Source of the DNA: Piromyces finnis finn | Taxonomy: Eukaryota > Fungi > Neocallimastigomycota | Direction of reading: 5' to 3' | DNA: 64,000 bases | Assembly (NCBI GenBank): GCA_002104945.1 | Contig: MCFH01000038.1 | Coordinates: 62,001 to 126,000, forward strand | Part shown: positions 63,382 through 64,000 of the stretch, one piece after another | Position numbering within the stretch: the first letter of the stretch is position 1 | Layout: the number at the start of each line of letters is the position of its first letter | Notes under the pieces: generated by a model | Database searches by the model: none | Seen by the model: the letters and a program-made list of their open reading frames with translations, nothing else | Told to the model about the DNA's origin: nothing | Program-made: the position numbers and the translations under genes

Positions 63382-63734
63382 GTTATTACATAATATATTT
63401 ATATATATATATTAATAATAAATAGGAAACTCGATCATTCATTGAGGATCTCATCAATAATGAAGATATTATTGGTACATTTGATACACAAGGAAGATTT
63501 ATAGCTATCACTAATAGCCAACTTACACAATTACAACATATTATTGAAAGTTCACCATATAATGGTCAAATAAATAATGAAGATTATATTCATATATGTC
63601 AACAGATATTACAATCATCAGAATCTGATGATATATTACTAGATAGTGATACAATAAAAAATGATAATGTTAATCTATCTGATGGTACAGTTACTCAGAG
63701 AAAAAAATGGAAAGGAAAAAGTCCTTTGGAATAA
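61882..63734 (+). CDS. DDRGK1: DDRGK domain-containing protein 1 (UFBP1) homolog, multi-exon
   Basis: N-terminal TM anchor; KKIGKKKAEHLRRKEQRQQYMQW coiled coil; winged-helix part VSIEAVASHFDLR..IEDLINNEDIIGTFDTQGRFIAIT, aligning with GVIDDRGKFIYIT. Confidence 0.82.
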
Positions 63735-64000
63735 TAGTAATTATATTTCTAATATATAATAAAATGAATTTGATTCAATTTTATCATTTATAATAATATA
63801 CTGATTAAAATGAATTCAATGTTTTTTATATTATTTAAAAAATAAAATAAAATAAAATAAAAAAGAATCTATTCTTGTTAAAAAAAAATTAAAATAAAAA
63901 ATAAAAAAAACGTATATATATGTAAAATAATAAACATTCATATTTTTTTTATTTTTAATCCTATATCTTAATCATAGTTGTGTCAATACATAACAAGTAC

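Overview
Extremely AT-rich eukaryotic DNA with spliceosomal introns. Fungal non-catalytic dockerin domains and SBP/beta-helix GPCR-like genes point to an anaerobic gut fungus (Neocallimastigomycota; inference). About 40% of the window is mobile DNA: the 3' part of a Ty3/Gypsy element plus stacked LTRs (1-8 kb), solo LTRs, three poly(A) SINE-like insertions from two families, a decayed gag, an intact Ty1/Copia with identical LTRs (43.2-49.2 kb) and a non-autonomous gag-protease LTR element (49.8-54.3 kb) just upstream of tRNA-Thr(UGU). Host genes: two class-C-like GPCRs, a dockerin-bearing lysozyme-fold/GH124-like enzyme, a bacterial-type GH18 chitinase, a CBM18 protein, VMA21, PCF11, NTA1, DDRGK1 and a small secreted peptide ORF. 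The strongest leads: (1) serial, site-precise LTR-element insertion 10-15 nt upstream of a tRNA gene, and a second serial stack at an ATAAT site; (2) a Copia whose PBS matches the anticodon arm of tRNA-Lys(CUU) rather than a tRNA 3' end; (3) two divergent SINE families sharing a perfect U1-complementary motif behind a B-box. All coordinates were read by eye; exon boundaries are approximate and no database search was run.
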